Source: Gemmatimonadota bacterium
Lineage (GTDB): Bacteria > Gemmatimonadota > Gemmatimonadetes > Gemmatimonadales > GWC2-71-9
NCBI GenBank assembly: GCA_041497135.1
Contig: JBGQFX010000007.1
Coordinates: 15,119 to 79,118, forward strand
Direction: 5' to 3'
DNA length: 64,000 nt
This document shows positions 18,482-26,976 of this stretch, one piece after another. Numbering within the stretch: the stretch's first letter is position 1; each line of letters begins with the position of its first letter. The notes beneath the pieces are model-generated. The model did not search any database, was not told where the DNA came from, and worked only from the letters and a program-made list of their open reading frames with translations. Position numbers and translations under genes: made by a program.

Positions 18482-20188
18482 TCAGCGTGAGACCTCGGTG
18501 ACGACTGTCGAGTCGTCGAGCATCAGCCATTCGATGATCGAGAGCGGCAGGCTGCCGTAGGAGAGCAGGGTATCGTGAAACGCTTCCAGGCGGAAGTCGT
18601 CGGGGTGGCGATCCCGGTACTTCCCCAGGAGGCGCATGATCTGCCACTTGCCGACCATGTAGGTGATCTTCTGCGACGGGCTGGACGCGGCGCCCGCGGC
18701 TTCTCCAAGGGCGGCCTCCCGGTCCAGCCCGCCCGCTTCCATGAAGTACCGCACGGCCTGGTCGAACGTCCAGCGTCCGGTCTGGAGATTCACGTCCACC
18801 CCGATGCGCGCCGCGCGATACCGCGACAGGCGCAGCACCTGGCCCTGCGAAGCGGACTGCTCGGCGTAGAAGCCGGTCCGCATCAGCATCTCTTCCGTGT
18901 ACAGCGCCCAGCCTTCGATGAACACGCCATCCGAGTGCTGGCGCCGGATCTCGTCGGGCAGGTGATTGGCGATCGAGAGCTGGAGAAAATGGCCCGGAAT
19001 TCCCTCGTGTCCCAGGATCGGACGCGGGTCCTCGATCGCGGCGCGGATGTAAAAGTTGCCGCTCCTGGGATTGTAGGTCGGGATGAAATAGAACCCGCTC
19101 GAATCTGCGTCGTACACCCCGGGCGGATTCATGAAGCCGCCGGGCGAGGTCGGCTTGAAGGCGTCCGGCAGCTGCCGGATCAGGAATGGCCCGATATACG
19201 ACGGAATCGTGACCAGCCGGTTCGTCGTGAGATAGTTCACCATCTCGCGCTGGCGTGATTCGTAGGCCGCGAGGAACTCATCCTGGTCCTTCGGGATGTG
19301 CGCGGCCCGCGCCGGGTCCGGGGACGCGAGGCTCGGGTCCTTCAGCATCGCCTCGAGACCGCGGAACCGCGCCAGCTCCGCCTCGCCCAGCATGGCCACC
19401 TGCTGCGCGTCGAGCGGCAGCAGGTACACGTGTCGCAGCAGGTAGTTGTAGTTCGCCTCGCCCATGGGGCGCCAGGCCACCATGGTGCTCAGCCGGGACG
19501 CGAGCCAGTCGGCGAAGCCATGCAGCGCCAGGACGGCCGAATCCCGCGCGCCTACCAGCTCGCCCCGCTCGGCGTCGCTCAGCGAGTCGGCCAGCGTCAT
19601 CAGGCTCCGGGTGAAGAGATCGTCCCCCGAGCGCGCCGCGTCGATGGCCAGCTGCGCGTACAGCCGCACGGGGCGGACCAGGTTGCGCCGGCCCTGGGCC
19701 AGCAGCGCCGGCATGGCGCGCAATCGGGCCAGCGCGGCCCGGGCCCGGGTCGCGTGGCTGGCGTAGTCCTTTTTCAAGAGCGAGAAGATCGCGTTGCTGC
19801 ATTCCCCGACGTACACCTGGGGATTGGTCTCCTCGTTCTGCATCACGCGGTCGAAGAAGGCCATGCCCTCGAGCTGTGCCCGGAACAGCAGCCAGTCAAT
19901 ACGGTCGTCCCGGGCCCACGCGGCGGTCCGCATCGCGCCGACCCTGGCCAACAGCTCGGTCACGTGCCGGCGGCGCGCCAGCACGGCGGGCATGGTGAAG
20001 TCGGTGAGCCGGTCGTCCCACGTGTGGAGCCCCTGATCGCTCGAGCTCACGGGATTGCTCGAGTCGCGCCAGGCGTAGTAGCTGCGGGCGAGGGCCTGCA
20101 GCGAGGCGGGAGTTGCGGGAGTCGGGGTCTGGGCTGAAAGTGGCGCCCCGGCGATCAGCAGCAGTGCGGTGAGTCGGATCGTGCTCAT
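18482..20188 (-). CDS. DUF885 family exported protein (metallopeptidase-like HExxPGH motif)
   Basis: Signal peptide MSTIRLTALLLIAGAPLSAQ, and the conserved ILGHEGIPGHFLQ and GWALYTEE blocks typical of DUF885. Confidence 0.8.
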   Translation of the reverse strand: MSTIRLTALLLIAGAPLSAQTPTPATPASLQALARSYYAWRDSSNPVSSSDQGLHTWDDRLTDFTMPAVLARRRHVTELLARVGAMRTAAWARDDRIDWLLFRAQLEGMAFFDRVMQNEETNPQVYVGECSNAIFSLLKKDYASHATRARAALARLRAMPALLAQGRRNLVRPVRLYAQLAIDAARSGDDLFTRSLMTLADSLSDAERGELVGARDSAVLALHGFADWLASRLSTMVAWRPMGEANYNYLLRHVYLLPLDAQQVAMLGEAELARFRGLEAMLKDPSLASPDPARAAHIPKDQDEFLAAYESRQREMVNYLTTNRLVTIPSYIGPFLIRQLPDAFKPTSPGGFMNPPGVYDADSSGFYFIPTYNPRSGNFYIRAAIEDPRPILGHEGIPGHFLQLSIANHLPDEIRRQHSDGVFIEGWALYTEEMLMRTGFYAEQSASQGQVLRLSRYRAARIGVDVNLQTGRWTFDQAVRYFMEAGGLDREAALGEAAGAASSPSQKITYMVGKWQIMRLLGKYRDRHPDDFRLEAFHDTLLSYGSLPLSIIEWLMLDDSTVVTEVSR

Positions 20189-20247
20189 GGGGCGTAAAAC
20201 GAGCGTGGTTTGCGCCGCACGGCAAGGAGGCCTAGCCTTCTAGCACT

Positions 20248-21132
20248 ATGCCCGATTCGACCACCGCGTCCCGTGCTCCCGTCCCGGCCATCCCCCCGGC
20301 CGCCGAGCTGCCGTCGAGCGAGTTCGGCCTCGCGATGGGCTACATCTTCGGTCACTACTTCCTGGACATGCAGGATCTGCATTACGGGTACTGGCCGATC
20401 GACCTGCCGCCGCGCCCGCAGCACCTGGCGCTGGCTCAGGCGCGCTACACCGATTTCCTGATGCAGCACATCCCCCAGGGCGTCCGCACGGTGCTCGACG
20501 TGGGCGCCGGAGCGGGGAACACGGCGCGCAAACTGCTGGATCGCGGCTACCAGGTGGATTGCGTATCGCCCAACGGCGTGCTGACGGGGGTAGCGCAATC
20601 GGTGCTGAACGGACGCGCCACGATCTTCGAGACCCGGTTTCAGGATCTCGTCACCGATCGACGCTATGACCTGATTCTCTTCAGTGAGAGCTTGCTCTTC
20701 ATTCCCCTCGACCAGGCGTTGGCGAAGGCGCTCAGCCTGCTCACTCCCGCGGGCCACGTCCTGATCACGGACATTTTTCGTGTGCCGGCGGAAGGGAAGA
20801 GCCCGATTGGCGGCGGTCACGAGCTGCCGCGGTTCCGGGAAACGATCGCGCGGTTTCCGCTCGAACCGATGGCGGATGTCGACATGACCGACGGGATCGC
20901 GCCGACCTTCGATGTGCTGGATGGCGCGTACCGCGAGGTGATCGAGCCGGGCTACCGGCTGCTCCTGGCCCGGCTGACGGCGCGGCACCCGTGGGTGATG
21001 CGGTTCGTGAAGTGGAAATTCCGCAAACAGATGCGGCGCTACGAGGACAAGCACTTCAGCGGCCGACGCAACGGCGCGAATTTCAAGAAGTACAAGTCGT
21101 ACCGATTACTGCTGTATCGCCAGCGCGTCTAG
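20248..21132 (+). CDS. Class I SAM-dependent methyltransferase
   Basis: Motif I is VLDVGAGAGNTARKLLDRGYQVDCVSPN, with an acidic post-I/II pattern. The TAG stop (21130-21132) lies inside the terminal CTAG of the repeat element. Confidence 0.8.
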   Translation: MPDSTTASRAPVPAIPPAAELPSSEFGLAMGYIFGHYFLDMQDLHYGYWPIDLPPRPQHLALAQARYTDFLMQHIPQGVRTVLDVGAGAGNTARKLLDRGYQVDCVSPNGVLTGVAQSVLNGRATIFETRFQDLVTDRRYDLILFSESLLFIPLDQALAKALSLLTPAGHVLITDIFRVPAEGKSPIGGGHELPRFRETIARFPLEPMADVDMTDGIAPTFDVLDGAYREVIEPGYRLLLARLTARHPWVMRFVKWKFRKQMRRYEDKHFSGRRNGANFKKYKSYRLLLYRQRV

Positions 21133-21235
21133 TGCCGTTCCAACTTGACTTGCCAATATGCCGAGAGCAGCGTACGCGAGCCGACAGCCATTACGGGTTC
21201 CGATGAATTGGCGCGAATAGTTGGAACGGCACTAG
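21129..21235. repeat. Palindromic MITE/REP-like element, copy A (107 bp)
   Basis: It starts CTAGTGCCGTTCCAACT and ends AGTTGGAACGGCACTAG, a perfect 17-bp terminal inverted repeat. By manual alignment it differs from 57522-57629 by about 10 substitutions and one 1-nt indel. It has no ORF of its own. Confidence 0.85.
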
Positions 21236-22122
21236 CGCAGCACGCCCCCGTCGATCGGATACGCCTGGCCGGTGACGAACGACGCCTCGTCCGACAGCAG
21301 GTAGAGCACGAGCGCCGCCACCTCGACCGGCTTCCCCATGCGCCCCATGGGCTGGTATCCCGAGAGCTTCGCGAACATTTCCGCTTCGCGACCCGGGTAA
21401 TCGCGCGCGAGGAAGTTGTCGACGAACGGCGTGTGGATGCGCGACGGGCAGACGCAATTGCAGCGGATGTTCCGCTTCACGTAATCGACGGCGATCGACT
21501 TCGTCATGGCCAGCAGCGCGCCCTTGCTCATGCCGTAGGCAAAGCGCTCTTCCAGCCCGATCAGCGACGCGATCGAGCCCATGTTGACGATCGCCCCGCC
21601 GCCGCCCGTCGCCATGTGGCGCACCGCTGCCTGGAGGCAGTGGAAGACGCCACGCACGTTCACCCGGTACAGCCGGTCGAACGCGTCGCCCGTCGTCGTC
21701 TCGACGGTGCCGACGTGGGAGAGCCCAGCGTTGTTGACCAGCAGCTGGATGCCGCCGTGGTCGGCGGCGATCTGGTCGAAAATGCGGCGCACCTGCGACT
21801 CGTCGCTCACGTCACACGCGAAGGCGTGCGCCGCCCCGCCCGAGGCACGAATCCCGGCGGCGGTTTCCTCCGCGGGTCCCGCGTCGAGGTCGAGCGCCAT
21901 CACGCGCGCGTTGTGCTCGGCCAGCATCCAGGCGATGCTGCGCCCCACGCCGGCGCCGACGCCGGTGACGACCGCTGTCTTGCCTTCGAGATTGAATCTC
22001 AGCGGCCGTTTGCTTTCGCCGAAGTCGATGCGGGGTTGCAGGACGGGGCCACTGCGCGAGCGGCGCGGCGCCGGAACCGTGGTGGAGCTGGGCGGCGCAT
22101 CCGCCTGCTGTGTATCGGACAT
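21232..22122 (-). CDS. SDR family oxidoreductase
   Basis: Internal ATG at 22122 of ORF 21232-22197. Motifs: GKTAVVTGVGAGVGRSIA (TGxxxGxG), NNAG, and YGMSK (YxxxK). The TAG stop (21232-21234) lies inside the right CTAG terminus of repeat copy A. Confidence 0.9.
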   Translation of the reverse strand: MSDTQQADAPPSSTTVPAPRRSRSGPVLQPRIDFGESKRPLRFNLEGKTAVVTGVGAGVGRSIAWMLAEHNARVMALDLDAGPAEETAAGIRASGGAAHAFACDVSDESQVRRIFDQIAADHGGIQLLVNNAGLSHVGTVETTTGDAFDRLYRVNVRGVFHCLQAAVRHMATGGGGAIVNMGSIASLIGLEERFAYGMSKGALLAMTKSIAVDYVKRNIRCNCVCPSRIHTPFVDNFLARDYPGREAEMFAKLSGYQPMGRMGKPVEVAALVLYLLSDEASFVTGQAYPIDGGVLR

Positions 22123-22260
22123 TCGTGTAAGATGCCTGGGAAACGCTCTGCGTCTACTCCCCCCGTGGCGCGAGGGTGTTGCACTCGCCCACCACAAAAG
22201 TCTGTCACCCTTCCGGCGCAGTTGCGTGGACGCGTCGCTGCGACGAGGCTGCGGCCACCG

Positions 22261-23136
22261 CTACGAGCCGGCGCGGACAGCGTCGAGCGCTGCCCTGAGG
22301 CCGCCGAGCACGTCGGCCGGCGGGCCGTCGGCCCAGAAGTGGATGAAATAGAGCGGCGGTGATTCGCCGAGCAGGTGATTGTGCACGGCGGTGACCGTGA
22401 TGCCGTGGTTGACGAGCGCCCCCACGAGCGCGGAGACGCGATCGGCAGTGACGGCGAAGTCTCCCGTGGCGACGAAACGGTCTGCCGTCACCGCTTGGAT
22501 GTTGATCGGCGTCCCCGCGGCGAGCGCCGGAACCACCGTCTCACCATGCAGCCGCACCGGCGTGGGCACGAGGATCACGACGACCTGGGCCACGCTGCCA
22601 CTCGCCGTCCCCCGCGTCCCCAACGTCTCGAACACGGTCGCGGTATCGATCGTGACCGGGGCCGACGCCGGCGCGGCGACCCCACGGGGGGTCGCGGTGC
22701 GGGTCAGGACGCGATCCAGTCGGCGCGCCAGCTCCACCGCTGGACCCTCGCCATGGAAATGGATGTAGGTCATGCGCGGCGCTTCTCCCACCAGGTGATC
22801 GTGGATCCCGGTGACGGCCAGGTGCTGCGAGTCCATGGCCACCTCGACCGGCAGGAGCTCCGCTTCCGTGACGACGAGGTCGCCCATGAACACCGCATGC
22901 GGCGACGTGCCGCTGAATCCCACCCACGCACCGAGCGCGAGGCGCGGTGAGACGGCGACGTCCCCGACACGCAGCGTCAGATCGCGACGGGGGAAGTTGA
23001 ACCGGACGTAGCCGGACGCGGTCGCGGGCGAGGCTTGCAGGATGCGCCCGACCGAATCCCATACGGTGGCTTGCTGAGCTCGGGCCGCCCCGGCGGCGAG
23101 GCTCGCCGCGATCCACAGCGCCAAGAATCGTTGCAT
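22261..23136 (-). CDS. DUF1259 (LppY/LpqO-like) exported protein
   Basis: Internal ATG at 23136 of ORF 22261-23526. It has a signal peptide (MQRFLALWIAASLAAGAARAQ) and two internal repeats, each ending in ...HDHLVGEAPRMTYIHFHG... / ...HNHLLGESPPLYFIHFWA..., as in DUF1259. Confidence 0.7.
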   Translation of the reverse strand: MQRFLALWIAASLAAGAARAQQATVWDSVGRILQASPATASGYVRFNFPRRDLTLRVGDVAVSPRLALGAWVGFSGTSPHAVFMGDLVVTEAELLPVEVAMDSQHLAVTGIHDHLVGEAPRMTYIHFHGEGPAVELARRLDRVLTRTATPRGVAAPASAPVTIDTATVFETLGTRGTASGSVAQVVVILVPTPVRLHGETVVPALAAGTPINIQAVTADRFVATGDFAVTADRVSALVGALVNHGITVTAVHNHLLGESPPLYFIHFWADGPPADVLGGLRAALDAVRAGS

Positions 23137-23150
23137 GTCGCGTTCCTTCC

Positions 23151-24581
23151 TCATAGGCGTTCCGCGGAATCTGCTTCGGCGGTCGCTCGGATCCGATCCC
23201 AAAGGGCCTCGACGTGGGCGCGCTCGGTCGGCACCATGCCGATAGATACCCGCACGGCCCAGCGGCCGCCCACGACGGCCGCGTTGAGGTACGCCGCACC
23301 TGAACGGTTGACACGTCCCATCCATTCCAGGGTATGGCGGTCGAGCGCCTCGCCGTCCAGCCCCGGCGGCCGATGGCGCACGCACACGGTCTGCAACGGT
23401 ACCGGCGCCACCCGCTCCCATCCTGGCGTCGCGTCCACCTGGGCCGCCAGCCAGCGGGCATTTCCGAGATCGCGCCGCAACCGGGTCTGGAGGCCCGCCA
23501 CGCCTTCGGTGCGGATCAACGCCCACAACTTCAGGGCGCGGAATCTCCGGCCGAGCGGGATACCCCAGTCACGCAGGTTGGTGGCCTGCGCGTCAGCCTC
23601 GGTGCGCAGGTAGCTCGGGTTGGTCGACATGACGCGCACCAGATGCACCGGGTCGCGCACGTAGTACAACGAGCAATCGAACGCGGCGCCGAGCCACTTG
23701 TGGGCATTCACCACGATCGAATCCGCCTGCTCGACGCCCTCCCACAGGCCGCGGTACTCCGGCAAGATCATGGCGGCCCCAGCCATGGCGGCGTCGACGT
23801 GCAGCCAGCAGCCGTACTCCCGGGCTGCAGCGGCGATGGCACCCACCGGATCGAATGCCGTCGTAGCCGTGGTCCCGACCGTGGCGACGATGGCGCAGGG
23901 CACGAGACCCTGGGATCGGTCCGCCGCCAGCTGGGCGCGTAACGCTTCCGGCCGCAGGGCGAACGCCGCGTCCACCGGGATGGACCGCAGGTGTGCGCGG
24001 CCGAACCCGGCGAGCAGCGCCGCCTTCTCCACCGAGCTGTGGCTCTCGGCCGAGGCATACACGACGAGCGGGCGTGGCTCGGCTTGCAAGCCGCCGCGCT
24101 GCAGACTGAAATCGCTGGTGCGCTCACGCGCGCACAGCAGGGCCACGAGGCTGGCGGTGGAGGCGGTGTCGTGAATCGTGCCGGTCCAGGCGTCGGACAA
24201 CCCGGTCATGTGGCGCAGCCAATCGGCGGTCAGCTGTTCCAGCTCCGTGAGCGCGGGCGACGCCTGCCAGTTGAGCCCGATCACGCCGAGCCCGGTCGAG
24301 AGCAAGTCGCCCAGCACGCTCGCCAGCGCCGCGTTCGCCGGAAAGTAGGCGAAGAACGCCGGGTGCTGCCAATGCGTGAGGCCCGGGAGAATCGCTCGGT
24401 CGAGATCGCGCAGCAGCGCGTCGAACGGCTCGGGTGCTTGGGGAGGATCGGCGGCCAGCGACCGGCGCACATCGCCGGGCGCGACCTGGGACATGACCGG
24501 CCGTTCGGCGATCCGGGTGCGATAATCCGCGATCCAGTCCACGACGCGGTGCCCGGCGCGGCGGAATTCTTCCGGCGTCAT
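23151..24581 (-). CDS. Pyridoxal-dependent decarboxylase, aromatic-L-amino-acid decarboxylase (group II) family
   Basis: Internal ATG at 24581 of ORF 23151-25004. Motifs: ...THWQHPAFFAYFPAN..., and NAHKWL (PLP lysine) in the group II decarboxylase context. Confidence 0.9.
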   Translation of the reverse strand: MTPEEFRRAGHRVVDWIADYRTRIAERPVMSQVAPGDVRRSLAADPPQAPEPFDALLRDLDRAILPGLTHWQHPAFFAYFPANAALASVLGDLLSTGLGVIGLNWQASPALTELEQLTADWLRHMTGLSDAWTGTIHDTASTASLVALLCARERTSDFSLQRGGLQAEPRPLVVYASAESHSSVEKAALLAGFGRAHLRSIPVDAAFALRPEALRAQLAADRSQGLVPCAIVATVGTTATTAFDPVGAIAAAAREYGCWLHVDAAMAGAAMILPEYRGLWEGVEQADSIVVNAHKWLGAAFDCSLYYVRDPVHLVRVMSTNPSYLRTEADAQATNLRDWGIPLGRRFRALKLWALIRTEGVAGLQTRLRRDLGNARWLAAQVDATPGWERVAPVPLQTVCVRHRPPGLDGEALDRHTLEWMGRVNRSGAAYLNAAVVGGRWAVRVSIGMVPTERAHVEALWDRIRATAEADSAERL

Positions 24582-25051
24582 CGCCGAGTGCGCCACAGCC
24601 GCTTCAACAGCTGGATCTGCCCGGTGTGGTACACGTCGTGCGCCACGATGCCGACGATCATCTCTCCGAACCTCCATCGCTTGGCCTGGGGCGGCAAACG
24701 GTTCCAGCGCGCCGTCGGGAAGCGCCGCACCGCGCGCACCAGGCGCGCGTGCTCGTCGGCCAGGAGCGCCCGATCCACCGCCCAGGCGCGCTCGTCCGCG
24801 CGGGTCGGCACGGTCGGCCAGTTGGCGGGCGCACGCGAGAATCGTTCGGCCACCGGCTCGAGATGGCGGCGCACGGCGTAATTCCAGTACGCGATGTGCA
24901 GCACCAGCTCCCAGATGCTGTGGCGCCCGCGTCCCGGCTTCCAGCGCGCCTGGGCCGCGGTCACGCCGCGCAGGGCGCCGGACGGGGTTGGACCGCCGTG
25001 CCACGCCTGGCCGCGTTTGGGGTGGAGGGTGGCGAGCAGGGCATCGAGCAT
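24578..25051 (-). CDS. DinB-fold family protein
   Basis: Internal ATG at 25051 of ORF 24578-25111. Motifs: ...SIWELVLHIAYW... and ...IVAHDVYHTGQIQLL.... The stop overlaps the decarboxylase ATG (ATGA at 24578-24581). Confidence 0.75.
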   Translation of the reverse strand: MLDALLATLHPKRGQAWHGGPTPSGALRGVTAAQARWKPGRGRHSIWELVLHIAYWNYAVRRHLEPVAERFSRAPANWPTVPTRADERAWAVDRALLADEHARLVRAVRRFPTARWNRLPPQAKRWRFGEMIVGIVAHDVYHTGQIQLLKRLWRTRR

Positions 25052-25288
25052 CTTACAGGTCCCGGTTCGAGGGTGTGGGCTCAACCTGACGGCGTTCGCG
25101 TTGCGGGGCAAGGGCTTGCGACCGCCTGACGCAGGAATATCGAGATGATATCATATCGCTATCCATCCGCTTCACGAGGGTATTGCGGTGATCCGGGAAT
25201 CCAGAATCCGCGCCCAGCTGTCGGCCAAGCAGATCGTGCAGCTCGTGGCGGAGCGCCGCCGGGCGCCTGCGCGGCGCGGGGAGGAAGG

Positions 25289-26884
25289 ATGATCGTCATC
25301 GTAAAGCGTAGCGTGCTGCTGATCCTGTCGGCGCTCCTGCCCGCCAGGCTCGCGGCCCAACAACCGTCGCTGTCAGGCCTGTATCGTCTCTACCAGGGTG
25401 GTGGGGAAGTGGGTCGTGAGCGGTTCGAGCGCTCCGGTGGCACGGTCCGGCTGTCGGTCACCGTGCCGCTCCTGAACCTGAAGCTGGACAGCCGGACGGA
25501 GTTCGACTCGAGCGGCCGATTCCAACGCTTCATCGCGGAGGCGTTCGTCGCCGCGGGCGACAGTCTCATCGGCACGTACACGGTCGCCGCCGACGGCGAC
25601 ACGCTGCGGACGGTCTCGATGTCGAAGCGTACCGGCACGACGACGAACGGCGTCGTGGCGGGTGCGGCGGCCGGCGTGATCCCCGCGCAAACCATCGCGG
25701 TCGTGGCGTTGTTGCTGCGCCGGTTCCCGCGTGACACCGTGATCCGCATGCTGCCCATGGGGGGCGATTCGACGATCCCGGTCACCGTCGTTCATCGCGG
25801 CGATTCCGGGATCGTCTCGTTCGCGGGACTCGAAGCCCGGACGACTCTCGTCGCGGGGCGGCCGGGGACGATTGAAGTGCCGGTCTCTCGCGTGCGGGCG
25901 GATCTCTGGAACGGGCGCGATTCGTTGCCGCCGCTGGCGGGCCTCAAGCGACCGGCATCCGACTACTCCGCGCCCGCCGGAGCGCCCTACACCGCCCGGG
26001 AAGTCCACGTCCCGATCCGGCCGGTGCAGGGGGACACATTCTCCCTCGCGGGAACCCTCACGCTGCCCGCCGGCGTCGCGCCGCCCGTTCCGGTCGTCGT
26101 GACGATCACCGGATCGGGCCAGGAGAATCGCGACGAGGATCTGTGGCCGCTGCTTGCGGACTACCGTCCGTTTCGCCAGATCGCGGAGCGCCTGGCGCCT
26201 GAGGGCATCGGCGTGCTGCGCCTGGACGATCGTGGCGTCGGCGGCTCGGGCGGAGCGGTCGGCACGACCGCGGACTACGCCGATGATGTACGGCAGGTCG
26301 TGGCGTGGCTGCGGCGGCGCCCCGGCGTGAACGGCGCCAGGGTCGCGCTGCTGGGCCACAGCGAAGGCGGCGCGATCGCGCCCCTCGTCGCCATGAACGA
26401 TCCGAAACTGGCGGGCATCGTGCTGCTCGCCGGCCCCGGGAAGAGCGGGCGGGCGATCCTGACCGACCAGTTTCGCCGGCCGATCGAAAACGCCCCCGGA
26501 TTGTCGGACTCGGCGCGAGCGGCCCAGCTGGCCAGCGTCTCCCAGATGGTGGAGCAGTTCTCACACGCGAATGCGTGGACCCGCTGGTTCGCGGACTACG
26601 ATCCGCTGCCCACCCTGCGTCGCGTCCGCATCCCAGTGCTCATCCTGCAGGGCGCGCTGGACCGGCAAGTGTCGGCGGGGCAGGCCGACACGGTGGCCGC
26701 GACGCTGCGCGCGGCCGGCAATCGCGACGTGATCGAGAAGGTGTATCCCGGTCTGAATCATCTCTTTCTGCACACCGATGGCGATGGCTCACCGATGGAG
26801 TATCCGGGGCTCACCAACACGAAACTGCCCGCCCTGGTGCTCGACGACCTCGCTGCCTGGCTCACCGCCCGCCTGCGACCGTAG
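25289..26884 (+). CDS. Exported alpha/beta hydrolase (S9/dienelactone-hydrolase-like C-terminal domain)
   Basis: ATG 25289 is preceded by GGAGGAAGG. It has a signal peptide MIVIVKRSVLLILSALLPARLAAQ, the nucleophile elbow LLGHSEGG, and late D and H (LQGALDRQV, GLNHLF). Confidence 0.8.
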   Translation: MIVIVKRSVLLILSALLPARLAAQQPSLSGLYRLYQGGGEVGRERFERSGGTVRLSVTVPLLNLKLDSRTEFDSSGRFQRFIAEAFVAAGDSLIGTYTVAADGDTLRTVSMSKRTGTTTNGVVAGAAAGVIPAQTIAVVALLLRRFPRDTVIRMLPMGGDSTIPVTVVHRGDSGIVSFAGLEARTTLVAGRPGTIEVPVSRVRADLWNGRDSLPPLAGLKRPASDYSAPAGAPYTAREVHVPIRPVQGDTFSLAGTLTLPAGVAPPVPVVVTITGSGQENRDEDLWPLLADYRPFRQIAERLAPEGIGVLRLDDRGVGGSGGAVGTTADYADDVRQVVAWLRRRPGVNGARVALLGHSEGGAIAPLVAMNDPKLAGIVLLAGPGKSGRAILTDQFRRPIENAPGLSDSARAAQLASVSQMVEQFSHANAWTRWFADYDPLPTLRRVRIPVLILQGALDRQVSAGQADTVAATLRAAGNRDVIEKVYPGLNHLFLHTDGDGSPMEYPGLTNTKLPALVLDDLAAWLTARLRP

Positions 26885-26976
26885 ACCGAGACCCCGACCA
26901 TTCTCTGACATCGCCCCGCAACCATCGGCGTACCCTGGGCGTCACATTGGTTATCCCCCCTCCCAGGGTCGTGGGC

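Noticed and set aside
26305-26976. A 5' extension of the DUF5916 ORF that would give a 1124-aa protein.
   Set aside because: It overlaps the 3' third of the alpha/beta hydrolase gene in another frame, and it is Arg/Pro-rich. The signal peptide MSRPVSLVAALLAAAPAAAQ begins at ATG 26977.
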